Source of the DNA: a virus
Lineage: Duplodnaviria; Caudoviricetes
IMG/VR virus record: IMGVR_UViG_3300027734_003164
Span: 1-64,000 of that record
Length of the DNA stretch: 64,000 nucleotides
Direction: 5' to 3' (one strand)
The position numbers and the translations under genes were made by a program. A model generated the notes under the pieces. It was given only the letters and a program-made list of their open reading frames with translations, was not told the DNA's origin and searched no databases. Below, one piece after another: positions 54,011 to 62,834 of the stretch (position 1 is the first letter of the stretch; every line of letters starts with the position of its first letter).

Positions 54011-54830
54011 CGCTGAGATTACACGTTTGTGTGAGAACCTTTAGAGTCATTATTGTTTCTACTCTTATCCACCATCTTTTGAATGGTATTTCTCAGTGAC
54101 GATTATTTAGGTGAATCACTCCTTGAGGTCTAAACTACTCTCTTATTACTCAACTCTCTTCGAGGATGCCTCCCCAACTAATCCTTGCGGGATTAGAGGT
54201 CTTTTGTAAAAATACACTCAGCCTTGGGAGCTTTATGTGCCGTGAACAACTCACGACTATGTAGTCACCTTTCGATTAGACCTGACGGACACTTTTCCTT
54301 ATTTAAAATTAATAGTTAATAATAATTAAGTTTTGTGTCGTGGATTGTGAAAGTAGTGGTCCGTCACGGGCTCTATTATCTTTTGAACAATAGAATACAC
54401 AACTACTCTCTGAAATGTCCCCATTTCCATATTTCAAGACTACTTCGAAACTAACTCCTTGGTGGGAGTCGGTCAAGGTCAATAACAGCACCACCTGTAC
54501 ATCAACATACCTTTCGGTTTTAAGTATCCTCTAATAATGGAACTCGCAATAAAAGTGTTGGAACACTTTGTTTTGCAAAATTCCTACGAGTTATTCCTAT
54601 TGGTGTTCCCACCTCAATTAGACGACCCACATCGCCCAATCATCTAACCACTTTCCCTACAGCGTTGCCCTCGGTACTAAAGGTTAAACGGTATCCCGCT
54701 TGTGTACTCGACCTCGATTATCCGAAGACAACCAAGACGCAAATCAATTACACTTTTGATTCACTTTATCCCACTTTCGTGGTTTATTTTAATGGACCAT
54801 ACACGGCCCATTGAACTCTTCGTTTCACAA
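54011..54830 (-). ncRNA. Large (about 800 nt) ornate structured RNA, GOLLD-like
   Basis: No credible ORF; GC-richer than flanks; many GNRA/UUCG hairpins; repeated GAGTAG motifs; AT-rich linker at about 54295-54335; own promoter, boxA-like leader and terminator. Confidence 0.7.
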
Positions 54831-54898
54831 ATTTTAAAGAAAAGGGGGTTAATCTTTTTTTTTTAAATTTTGTTTGAACAATTTGTTCGTTTTAAATT

Positions 54899-54907
54899 TC
54901 AAAGAAC
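54899..54907 (-). promoter_or_regulatory. boxA-like motif GTTCTTTGA in the leader of the large ncRNA
   Basis: Identical to 47097-47105. Confidence 0.45.
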
Positions 54908-54962
54908 GTTTGTGATTTGAATACTGAGTATCTTTCATCACCTATAAGTTTCAAATCTTTTA

Positions 54963-54993
54963 CAAATTTATGTATTTAATTTGAGACTGTCAA
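54963..54993 (-). promoter_or_regulatory. Promoter TTGACA...TAAATTTG for the large ncRNA
   Basis: TTGACA upstream element and TAnnTTTG at 54963-54970. Confidence 0.65.
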
Positions 54994-55000
54994 GTTTTTT

Positions 55001-55144
55001 TTAAACTTTTTCTACAAAAACATCTTCAGTTCCGTAGTAGTTTGCTCTCACACTTGCAAAGACTTCATTTGAAGTATAAAGTTTTCTTCCTTTATCGTCA
55101 AAATAATAAAAAATCTCTGAAATGTTGATTAAATCTTCACTCAT
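55001..55144 (-). CDS. 47-aa hypothetical protein
   Basis: Not in the ORF track. MSEDLINISEIFYYFDDKGRKLYTSNEVFASVRANYYGTEDVFVEKV; TAGATTTG at 55193-55200. Confidence 0.6.
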   Translation of the reverse strand: MSEDLINISEIFYYFDDKGRKLYTSNEVFASVRANYYGTEDVFVEKV

Positions 55145-55288
55145 ACTTTCAATTTTTCAAATTATACAATGGGTCGTTTCCCAATTGTTTTACAAATCTA
55201 ATACTATTATTTTGATTTGTCAAACATTACAATAAAAATTTTTTGATTTTTTTGTGATAAATATAAATATATCTAAGTTTACAAAAAG

Positions 55289-55786
55289 TTACAATTCAAG
55301 AAAATAAAAATCTTTTACGTCATCTGAATAGTGTAAATCGTATCCTAAATTTTTATATAAGTTTTGTGCGGTATTGTTTTCTCGATGAGTAATTAAAGTA
55401 CAATACTTAAATCCTTCCTGTTTAGATACATCGTGAGCCAAATTCATAATTTGTTTTCCAAAACCATTTCCTCTAAAATTTTCATTTACATATACATCGT
55501 AAATGTATGTGGTGTTGTCCCTATTAAAAAAGTTTTCATCACAATTTTTTTTGCACCAACTTTTTTCTTCATATAATCTAGGTATGTCATAATCTAATTC
55601 CCACCCATTATCAAAAGATACTACATTCGCATAACCAATTAAATTTTCATCTAAACCCATAATTTTGATTTTTTTCCCAAAAGTATTTTTAGTTTCCCCC
55701 TCAAATAAAATATTAGTTGGAATCTGACTACTTTCAAAAATATTCATCATAGATTTCATTCTTGATATTTCTTCGTGTAGTTTCAT
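55289..55786 (-). CDS. GNAT-family N-acetyltransferase with HEEISRMKSMM leader
   Basis: YIYDVYVNENFRGNGFGKQIM (motif A), L...NNTAQNLYKNLGY (motif B). Confidence 0.85.
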   Translation of the reverse strand: MKLHEEISRMKSMMNIFESSQIPTNILFEGETKNTFGKKIKIMGLDENLIGYANVVSFDNGWELDYDIPRLYEEKSWCKKNCDENFFNRDNTTYIYDVYVNENFRGNGFGKQIMNLAHDVSKQEGFKYCTLITHRENNTAQNLYKNLGYDLHYSDDVKDFYFLEL

Positions 55787-55792
55787 TTTTAA

Positions 55793-57292
55793 TTAACTAT
55801 TTTCAATTTTTTTATTTAAAATATCCACAAAAGTATTTTTCATATCTTTTACTAAATCCGAATAAGTTCTTTTTGGTGTGTTTTCCATTTCATCTTCAAA
55901 GTTTATACCTTCTCTTCTTATCTGATTAAGAGCGGCTTCAATTTGTTTTTCTGACAACTTTCTAAATCTTAAAAGTTTTTGTTTAATGTCTTTAACAAAA
56001 TTATTATCTCCTTCGTAATTTGCAATCGGTAATGTTTCTTCAGGTAAATCTTTAGTGTATGGTTTATCATATCCACTATATAAGAAGTTTATTCCTGATA
56101 TGTTGGTAATACATTTATGTCCTCCTGAATTTGCTTGTAAAAAGTCATAACCATTAATAGTTTGTTTTTCAGAATCAAATGAAGGCATTTTACCATATAA
56201 TGCCATCATATCTTTTGATGTGAAACCAACTGACTCAGGTGTCGCCTCTCTTTCTGAGATTCTTTTAATAATTCTAAAACTTAGTATTTCTTTTTCTAAT
56301 TCAGGTCTAAACTTCTCTAAAACCTCATCTTTAATTTCACCTAAGTTTATACCTTTAAGTGCTCTTTCTTCTTTAAATGGGTTGCAAGATGCTTGAACCA
56401 TACCGACTTGCCCACCAAGACCAGTCACTAAAAAGTCAGCGTCAGGGTGTATTCTAAATGGTACATATCTATCATAAGAACCTTTTCTCATACTACCAAG
56501 ACCAAATTGTGAAATAACATTTCCTGTTTTTTCTATTGCCCCTTCTTTTTGTCTTGCTTGTAAGAATTTTTCTTGGTTTTGTGTCATGGTTTCAATAGAT
56601 GCAAAATCTTGGTCTTTTGCCATTTTTTTGATATTAGTAAGAATACTAATTAATGATGGTTTCGAGTTCATTACTAAACTTTCCATGAAGTTAGGATTAT
56701 TTTTATAAGCCAAAAGTAACTTATTAACCACCAATCCCATTAACATTTTATTTTGTTTTAATGAACTGTCTTTGTCAAATTTATATAAGAAGTTCATTAC
56801 CATTTCTGGAGTTATTTTATTAACAGCAAAGTTTGCAGAATCAACAGTTGATATTAACATTATATCGTCAGATGGGAATATTTCTTTAGGGGATATAACT
56901 TGTGATATTGTTTCAACATTGGACCTTGCGTGTCTAAAACTTGTTGCAGTATCGTCTTCAACGCCAGCTTGACTATCGTGATGGTCTGTATGAATAACAA
57001 ACATTGGTTTACCGTGTGCAAAATCCACAAGTACTGGCATCACATCACCCTCACCTTCAGGTTTTTTAATTGCAAATTCTTTTGTTCCATATTGAATAAC
57101 TTCGCAATCAACCACATTAATACCATTTTGTTCCAAATAGTTTTTCATGGCAATTGCAGTTGTAACACCATCTAAGTCTTGATGAAAATAAATTTTAGCC
57201 TTTTTGTATCTTTTAGCAATATTTTTAATATCTCTAATTCCTGATTCTTTAATCAGCATTCTAAATTGACTTTCAGTTATAATAATTTTCAT
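55793..57292 (-). CDS. DHH-family phosphoesterase with MKIIITE leader
   Basis: FHQDLDGV, VDFA, TDHHD, C-terminal GGH; start moved to MKIIITESQ; TATTTAT at 57297-57303. Confidence 0.75.
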   Translation of the reverse strand: MKIIITESQFRMLIKESGIRDIKNIAKRYKKAKIYFHQDLDGVTTAIAMKNYLEQNGINVVDCEVIQYGTKEFAIKKPEGEGDVMPVLVDFAHGKPMFVIHTDHHDSQAGVEDDTATSFRHARSNVETISQVISPKEIFPSDDIMLISTVDSANFAVNKITPEMVMNFLYKFDKDSSLKQNKMLMGLVVNKLLLAYKNNPNFMESLVMNSKPSLISILTNIKKMAKDQDFASIETMTQNQEKFLQARQKEGAIEKTGNVISQFGLGSMRKGSYDRYVPFRIHPDADFLVTGLGGQVGMVQASCNPFKEERALKGINLGEIKDEVLEKFRPELEKEILSFRIIKRISEREATPESVGFTSKDMMALYGKMPSFDSEKQTINGYDFLQANSGGHKCITNISGINFLYSGYDKPYTKDLPEETLPIANYEGDNNFVKDIKQKLLRFRKLSEKQIEAALNQIRREGINFEDEMENTPKRTYSDLVKDMKNTFVDILNKKIENS

Positions 57293-57314
57293 ATTAATAA
57301 ATACCAATTAAAAT

Positions 57315-57341
57315 AAAAAACCCACTATAATGGTGGGTTTT
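57315..57341 (-). terminator. Rho-independent terminator
   Basis: AAAACCCACC-ATTATA-GTGGGTTTTTT. Confidence 0.75.
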
Positions 57342-58176
57342 CTTGTAGAGTTTCTAATGTTTTGAAGTATTCAACTCTTGTTCTTGCAATATTTGTATAA
57401 TTTTCACTTAGTTCTATTCCCAACCATCTTCGGTCAAGTATTTGTGCGGCAACTAAACTAGTACCACTACCGGCAAATGGGTCCATAACTATATCGTTCT
57501 TGTAGGATAGTATTTTAATCGCTTTGGTTGGAATGTCCATTGAGAACGTTGCCTTGGTGAGTGATTTAGTATCTGCAAAGTAATTCCACTGACCAAACAC
57601 GAGTTCCATAAACTCTTTCTTATCGTTTTCTTCATAAACATTTTTAGTTCTTACAATACCATCTTTATTTTCAACCTCGGTGGGGACCCCTTTCCATTGT
57701 GGTTCTCCTTTAACTTTTTTAATATGATGTTTTTTATATGCCAAAATAACACACTCTTTTGGGTTGTAGATATAAGGTGATGATGGGCTCATCCAAGAAC
57801 CCCAAGCTGTAGTTTTACTTCTATGTGGTGATTGTTCTTCAAGGTCGACAATACCAAAAAAACCAAATCCAATTTCTTTCATGATTTGCCACATTTCAGA
57901 AACAAAGAAAATTCGTCCACCTTTTTTCTGTCTATTAATTTCATAAGGAATATTGAGACTTATTCTACCATCGTCTTTTAATACTCTGTACGTTTCACTT
58001 AACCACGCCTTTGCAAACTCAACATATTCTGTGAACTCAACATCATCTTCATGTACGTCATAATCAATTCCCACACCATAAGGTGGGCTTGTAACAACCA
58101 AATCAATACACCCTTCTGGTAATGTCTTCATTACCTCAATACAATCACCGTTTATTATTTTTCCAGTTTCTATCAT
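57325..58176 (-). CDS. Site-specific DNA methyltransferase (N4-C/N6-A, beta class)
   Basis: GDCIEVM, VTSPPY (motif IV) before DPFAGSGTS (motif I), WLGIELS. Confidence 0.9.
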   Translation of the reverse strand: MIETGKIINGDCIEVMKTLPEGCIDLVVTSPPYGVGIDYDVHEDDVEFTEYVEFAKAWLSETYRVLKDDGRISLNIPYEINRQKKGGRIFFVSEMWQIMKEIGFGFFGIVDLEEQSPHRSKTTAWGSWMSPSSPYIYNPKECVILAYKKHHIKKVKGEPQWKGVPTEVENKDGIVRTKNVYEENDKKEFMELVFGQWNYFADTKSLTKATFSMDIPTKAIKILSYKNDIVMDPFAGSGTSLVAAQILDRRWLGIELSENYTNIARTRVEYFKTLETLQENPPL

Positions 58177-58177
58177 C

Positions 58178-58294
58178 TTAAAATATCATTTTTATTACTT
58201 CACTAATTAACATCCATGTCATCATTAACCAAAATAAAATTATACATCCCGCAATAATTCTATATCTTCTTTCTATGTTTTTTTTAATTTTCAT
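58178..58294 (-). CDS. 38-aa single-TM peptide
   Basis: Not in the ORF track. MKIKKNIERRYRIIAGCIILFWLMMTWMLISEVIKMIF. Confidence 0.5.
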   Translation of the reverse strand: MKIKKNIERRYRIIAGCIILFWLMMTWMLISEVIKMIF

Positions 58295-58605
58295 ACTAAT
58301 TGTGCTATTATTTGTGCTAATTTATATCCCGTAAATGCTCCCGCTGCCGCTGAACCAGGTAATACAACGAATTTACCTAACATGGTTTCATATTTTTTTC
58401 TATTAACAATGTAAGAAATCAATACGTAATAAACAATATAGTTAATTAAAACCATAAAGTCCAGTTCTTTTGCCGCAAAAACTACTATTGAATTACCTAA
58501 AAATCCCCACATAAAATTTATAAGGGTTTCTCTTAATAATTCGTTTGGTGTTGTAAGAGCGTCCCAAACATTTATTTCTTTATCAAGACCTGTTTTCTTT
58601 TTCAA
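58291..58605 (-). CDS. Membrane protein
   Basis: TTG start at 58605 (MKKKTGLDKEINV) preferred over the track GTG at 58686; three hydrophobic segments. Confidence 0.6.
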   Translation of the reverse strand: MKKKTGLDKEINVWDALTTPNELLRETLINFMWGFLGNSIVVFAAKELDFMVLINYIVYYVLISYIVNRKKYETMLGKFVVLPGSAAAGAFTGYKLAQIIAQLV

Positions 58606-58816
58606 GCGTTTCGATGTGGTGTTGAAGGTACCAAAGGGCTTTTCTGAGGTCTTCAAGTTCTTTGTCTTTTCTTTTTTTTCCTGCACGTGATATATATTTT
58701 ACTGTATTTCCTAAACTAAATCCCAAATCCCAAGCATCAATAACCTTGATGGCTTCGTATTCATTATTTTTTCCTCCATAATGTTCTGGATGATTTACCT
58801 GTTCTTTATTTTCCAT
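58583..58816 (-). CDS. DUF3310 family protein
   Basis: VNHPEHYGG...EAI.VI...F.LGN.VKYISRAGKK...EDLRKA.WYL. Confidence 0.85.
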   Translation of the reverse strand: MENKEQVNHPEHYGGKNNEYEAIKVIDAWDLGFSLGNTVKYISRAGKKRKDKELEDLRKALWYLQHHIETLEKENRS

Positions 58817-58817
58817 T

Positions 58818-59168
58818 CTATTTCCAAAATAATTGTATTATTAAAATTCCTATCGCCAAAATTAAACAAACTATGGTTTTAAGTGTTAGTGGTTCTTTAA
58901 AAATTAACCAACTTAACCATGTAAAAACAACCGCCCCAACACTAAACCCAATCAACCTTGAAGGCCACATTTGACCATTAAACGCTATTATCATGTTTTT
59001 TACAGAATACATAAATAACATAGATATTGGTATTCCCATCAACACGGTTAACCAATAATTATTTTTTATCCATTCATATTTTAAAGGTCCTTGAAGTTGA
59101 AAGAATGTTGACACTTGAGCTAAAAAACCAAAGAAAATCCCCACTAATAACGCCCATCCATTAACCAT
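58818..59168 (-). CDS. Small four-TM membrane protein (DMT/SMR-like size)
   Basis: Four hydrophobic segments; F..EP.T.KT..CL.LA. Confidence 0.6.
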   Translation of the reverse strand: MVNGWALLVGIFFGFLAQVSTFFQLQGPLKYEWIKNNYWLTVLMGIPISMLFMYSVKNMIIAFNGQMWPSRLIGFSVGAVVFTWLSWLIFKEPLTLKTIVCLILAIGILIIQLFWK

Positions 59169-60286
59169 TATTCCTCTTCTCTGTATTCTTTTAACAACTC
59201 TTCATTTGTAACTGTTCCGTATTTACCGCTCAGTTCATCTACGTTTATTTTGGTATTCATTTTCATGGTAATCTCCATTAATGTTTCCGTACTTTTAAGT
59301 GATTTTATAATTTCTAAAACAACTTTATATGAATCAGCGTTAGATGCCGGTCTTCTATCTTCAATATACCCTTTCCAATTTTCGGCGGTTGATTTTGGGA
59401 TTCTAATTGATGCCCCTCTATCACCAACACCATAACTATATTTTTCAATTGATTGTGTTTCGTGTTTTCCTGTAAGTCTTAAATTATTTTCAGAACCATA
59501 ATTTTTAATATGGTCATGATGTCTCGAACCAAATGTATTGAAAATTGCCTGAAAATATTCATATCCACCTAGTGTTCTCATTCTTTCATTTGAAAAATTG
59601 GTATGCATCCCTGAACCATTCCAGTCACCTTTAATTGGTTTTGGATGTAAAATTATTTCATAGTTGTACTTTTCTGAAAGTCTATGTAAAAAATATCTTG
59701 TCATCCATAAATCATCGGCAGCCTTTAAACTTCCTTTAGAAAAAACTTGGTATTCCCATTGTCCTAATGCGACTTCAGCATTAATACCTGTTATTTCCAT
59801 ACCATACATTAAACATAACGCCATGTGTTCCTCAGCAAAACCCCTTCCAACAACATTATGTCCAACTCCACAATAATATTTTCCTTGGGGTTCTAAATGT
59901 GGGGTTTCGTGGCCTAAGATATTATTTGTTTTTGAATTTTTAATAAAATATTCTTGTTCGAAACCAAACCACAAATCTTCTTGGTTTTCAACTTTTGACC
60001 TAATGTTTGATTCGTCGGGTGTACCGTCTGAATTTAATACTTCACATAAAACATATACCCTGCTATTTTCTAAAGGAAAAGATTTTTGAGTATAATATCT
60101 TACAGGTTTTAATATTTTATCTGAATTTTCTGTGTTTGCTTGATTTGTTGATGACCCATCGAAACTCCATTCTGGAAATTTGAACTCATTCACATTTGTA
60201 TTAATTTCTTCAACTTTTACTTTACTTCTAAGGTTTGGTTCTGGAGTATATCCATCTAACCATACATATTCTAAGGTTACTTTCAT
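59168..60286 (-). CDS. glnA: Glutamine synthetase (short GSII-like form)
   Basis: EYVWLDG..LRSK, WSFDGSST, GFEQEY, EVALGQWEYQV, HPKP..GDWNGSGMHTNFS, RLTGKHET, RGASIRIP, EDRRPASN. Confidence 0.9.
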   Translation of the reverse strand: MKVTLEYVWLDGYTPEPNLRSKVKVEEINTNVNEFKFPEWSFDGSSTNQANTENSDKILKPVRYYTQKSFPLENSRVYVLCEVLNSDGTPDESNIRSKVENQEDLWFGFEQEYFIKNSKTNNILGHETPHLEPQGKYYCGVGHNVVGRGFAEEHMALCLMYGMEITGINAEVALGQWEYQVFSKGSLKAADDLWMTRYFLHRLSEKYNYEIILHPKPIKGDWNGSGMHTNFSNERMRTLGGYEYFQAIFNTFGSRHHDHIKNYGSENNLRLTGKHETQSIEKYSYGVGDRGASIRIPKSTAENWKGYIEDRRPASNADSYKVVLEIIKSLKSTETLMEITMKMNTKINVDELSGKYGTVTNEELLKEYREEE

Positions 60287-60465
60287 TTATTTTTATTTAT
60301 ATATTCAATTATTGTTTTTTCATTTGCCCCATCCTTGAATAATCTGTAAACTTCTTCAGAAAACTTATCCGTTATAAAAAGTGCGTCTGCTTGAAGATAC
60401 TCAATTATATGATGTTGATTTTTTAAAATTTGTTCTTTGTTAAGAAATCTTTTATTAAATCCCAT
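60283..60465 (-). CDS. Hypothetical protein
   Basis: MGFNKRFL motif. Confidence 0.6.
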   Translation of the reverse strand: MGFNKRFLNKEQILKNQHHIIEYLQADALFITDKFSEEVYRLFKDGANEKTIIEYINKNK

Positions 60466-60583
60466 TACTCTTTTTACTTTTTAAGTTTAACAAAAAGGTT
60501 CTCACTTGGTTTCCTAAATCTAAGTCGTTAGGGTACTTTTTGACCATACTTTTAATCTCTTTAATGATTTCTTTTTTTTTCAT
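60455..60583 (-). CDS. 42-aa hypothetical protein
   Basis: Not in the ORF track. MKKKEIIKEIKSMVKKYPNDLDLGNQVR... Confidence 0.5.
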   Translation of the reverse strand: MKKKEIIKEIKSMVKKYPNDLDLGNQVRTFLLNLKSKKSNGI

Positions 60584-60600
60584 ATCAATAGTATAGTTTA

Positions 60601-61350
60601 TTAAATTGTTTTTGTCAAATTAACCTTATTTATAATTTTAGATTGTTGTATAAAGTTTAACAATTTTCTTTTGGTCAAAGGAATCAATGTCTCATTGAAT
60701 GGAAAATTATCGTCGTGATTTACTTTGAATAGTATAAGTTCTCTATGAACTTCTTCACTACTTAAATTTTTAATTAAAGTTTTTTTGTTTTCAAATAACT
60801 CCGAAGTAATTTCTTGGTTTTCAATCTCACATATTTTTTTAATGTAGCATTTAACATCAGGAAAATCCTTTTTAATTTCTTTAATTACAAATTCGTATAA
60901 GTAATTTTTTTCTTTGTTTCTAATTATAAAAAGTCCTTGTTTGTTTTCAATTTTTTTTGGGTTCTTTAATACAGTTAATGAAATACTATCATTCACCAAC
61001 TCCCAAATTGCCTTTGCATGGTCAAAAAAGTTTTGTAATTTCTCTGATGAATATTTGCTTATTCTATATAATTCTAAGATTTCTTGACCAGTCATTGGTG
61101 GTATTTCTTGACTAACTAAATCTGATAATAAAATTTCTTCATCTTTTTCTTTTAATTTTTTTGTCAATGACAGATATTGACCTTTTTGTAACACTAAATT
61201 TATATTAGCCAAATGAAGTGACAACAATTGAAAATTTGGATAAAGTTTAAAATCGTTTAACTCTTTTTCAATTTTTTGTAAATACCCTAATAAAATATAT
61301 TGTTTGTGTTCAAAATCTACTGGCTCTTGAAATACCCAATTTGTCTCCAT
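60601..61350 (-). CDS. Hypothetical protein
   Basis: 249-aa ORF; P.DFEHKQY.LL.YLQ. Confidence 0.7.
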   Translation of the reverse strand: METNWVFQEPVDFEHKQYILLGYLQKIEKELNDFKLYPNFQLLSLHLANINLVLQKGQYLSLTKKLKEKDEEILLSDLVSQEIPPMTGQEILELYRISKYSSEKLQNFFDHAKAIWELVNDSISLTVLKNPKKIENKQGLFIIRNKEKNYLYEFVIKEIKKDFPDVKCYIKKICEIENQEITSELFENKKTLIKNLSSEEVHRELILFKVNHDDNFPFNETLIPLTKRKLLNFIQQSKIINKVNLTKTI

Positions 61351-61389
61351 GTATAAAAAATAAGAAAAATATGTTGGTCAGTAAATAAA

Positions 61390-62589
61390 TTAATTATATC
61401 TCATTACAATAAATGGCTCTCCATTTACATAAATTTCATCGTGGTCACCGTCATAACTACCTAAAATATCACCCCAAGAATCATTATCAATTATATAATC
61501 TATTACAGCCTCCGTATCAACATAATACAAAATTTCATTTTTATCAAATCCTTGGTCAGATAAAAATGAAACAAATTCATCTTCATTATCGTCAACATAA
61601 GATTCAATTGCCGATTCTATTTCGTCTTCGTTGTAATCACCTTCTGGGTTTTCTTCAACGTCTTTAATTAATTCTGTTATATCATCAATTTCTTCTTGGA
61701 TGTTATTTTCGGTTTCGTCATCTAAATCTTCATTATTTATTCTTTGTTCTAATTTTTCAATTTTTTGTTTGTATATATTTACAATTTTTTCTTGTTGTTG
61801 TGTCAAATCTTTTTTAATTCCCCAGTTTTCAGGGTCATCATAAAATGATTCTGATATATAATCTCTTAAAAAACCCCTAACCGACTCATTATCTAAATGG
61901 TCTTCCCAAACCCAAGAAGCAAATGCTTCATATCCAAGTTCATCTATTCTTCCCTCGATTGAACGTCTGGCAGCACTTTCTATTTCATCTTCACTAAATA
62001 CCATCCATTCTGTGTCTCTACTTTCTTCACCTAACCAAGTAAAAAAACCACCACCGTAATGTGTGTAATTTTCAGGATAAATAAAATATTTGTCCTCAAG
62101 AACTTCCTCCTCACTAACGCCATCGTCATAATAAGACAATATACGTTGATTTTCTAAATGTTCGTATAACGCCTCTGTTCGGTAGGATATTTTTTTTCCA
62201 TTTTCAATATTCCAATCGTTTTTCTTTCTTAGTTCATCTAAATAATTAAGTTTTTCTTGAAGTATTTTTTGTTGTCTTATATAATATCTTTTACTATACC
62301 AGTCTCTAACGGTTTTAGCTTTACTTTCATCAAAAACATCAACGTCACTATAACTAATATCTAAATTTCCTTCAATTTTAGAAAGTGAGTCAAGATTTTT
62401 AATTTCTTTGTCGTATTGTAAATCTAAATCACCGGTGATTATAATATCTTTATTTTTGTAATATTTTTTTAGTAATGCAACATCACTATTGAAATAGGGC
62501 AAATTTTCTTTAAAGTCTTCAGGTGAAATCCTTATAACATTTTCAATCTGCTCATAAATGACTCTTTTTATAATTTTTTCTAATGACAT
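61390..62589 (-). CDS. Acidic hypothetical protein with I.R.I.E leader and LRR-like segment
   Basis: MSLEKIIKRVIYEQ; ITGDLDL...L.SL.KIEGNLDIS; TATTTAT at 62595-62601. Confidence 0.7.
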   Translation of the reverse strand: MSLEKIIKRVIYEQIENVIRISPEDFKENLPYFNSDVALLKKYYKNKDIIITGDLDLQYDKEIKNLDSLSKIEGNLDISYSDVDVFDESKAKTVRDWYSKRYYIRQQKILQEKLNYLDELRKKNDWNIENGKKISYRTEALYEHLENQRILSYYDDGVSEEEVLEDKYFIYPENYTHYGGGFFTWLGEESRDTEWMVFSEDEIESAARRSIEGRIDELGYEAFASWVWEDHLDNESVRGFLRDYISESFYDDPENWGIKKDLTQQQEKIVNIYKQKIEKLEQRINNEDLDDETENNIQEEIDDITELIKDVEENPEGDYNEDEIESAIESYVDDNEDEFVSFLSDQGFDKNEILYYVDTEAVIDYIIDNDSWGDILGSYDGDHDEIYVNGEPFIVMRYN

Positions 62590-62693
62590 ATGTTATAAAT
62601 ATCTAAAAAAAGAATTGATTTATCTTTGAATGAATATAAATTACAATATAAGAAAATATTTATATTAAAATAAACCATTTAAAACTTTAAGTC

Positions 62694-62834
62694 ATGGGAT
62701 GCGGATGTAAAAACAACCAAACACAAACTCAAACACAAACACAGACTCAAACACAAACACAGAGTCAACAAAACACACAGTCTGTTAAGAGTGCAGTTAC
62801 AAAAATTGTTGAAAAGTATTACAACAAAAAATAA
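62694..62834 (+). CDS. 46-aa MGCGC peptide with (QT)7 repeat
   Basis: Not in the ORF track. MGCGCKNN(QT)7QSQQNTQSVKSAVTKIVEKYYNKK; TATTTAT at 62657-62663. Confidence 0.65.
   Translation: MGCGCKNNQTQTQTQTQTQTQTQSQQNTQSVKSAVTKIVEKYYNKK

Noticed and set aside
54011-54830. rRNA fragment, tmRNA, RNase P RNA or self-splicing intron as the identity of the large RNA
   Set aside because: No recognisable 16S/23S universal motifs, no tRNA-like termini or tag ORF, only a vague GGAAAAGTGTCC similarity to RNase P without the matching 3-prime strand, and it does not interrupt a gene. A covariance search is still needed.
57325-58176. Complete restriction-modification system
   Set aside because: No endonuclease is adjacent; an orphan protective methyltransferase is the simpler reading.
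58291-58816. Programmed +1 frameshift fusing DUF3310 to the downstream membrane ORF (104-nt overlap in the track)
   Set aside because: An in-frame TTG at 58603-58605 gives an ordinary 23-nt overlap, so no recoding needs to be invoked.
509-60000. Numerous opposite-strand or alternate-frame ORFs in the track (e.g. 509-805, 2483-2887, 7394-7723, 12437-12895, 32439-32858, 46774-46977, 54309-54494)
   Set aside because: They are shadows of well-supported genes or RNAs, have atypical composition, and lack promoter or coupling context.
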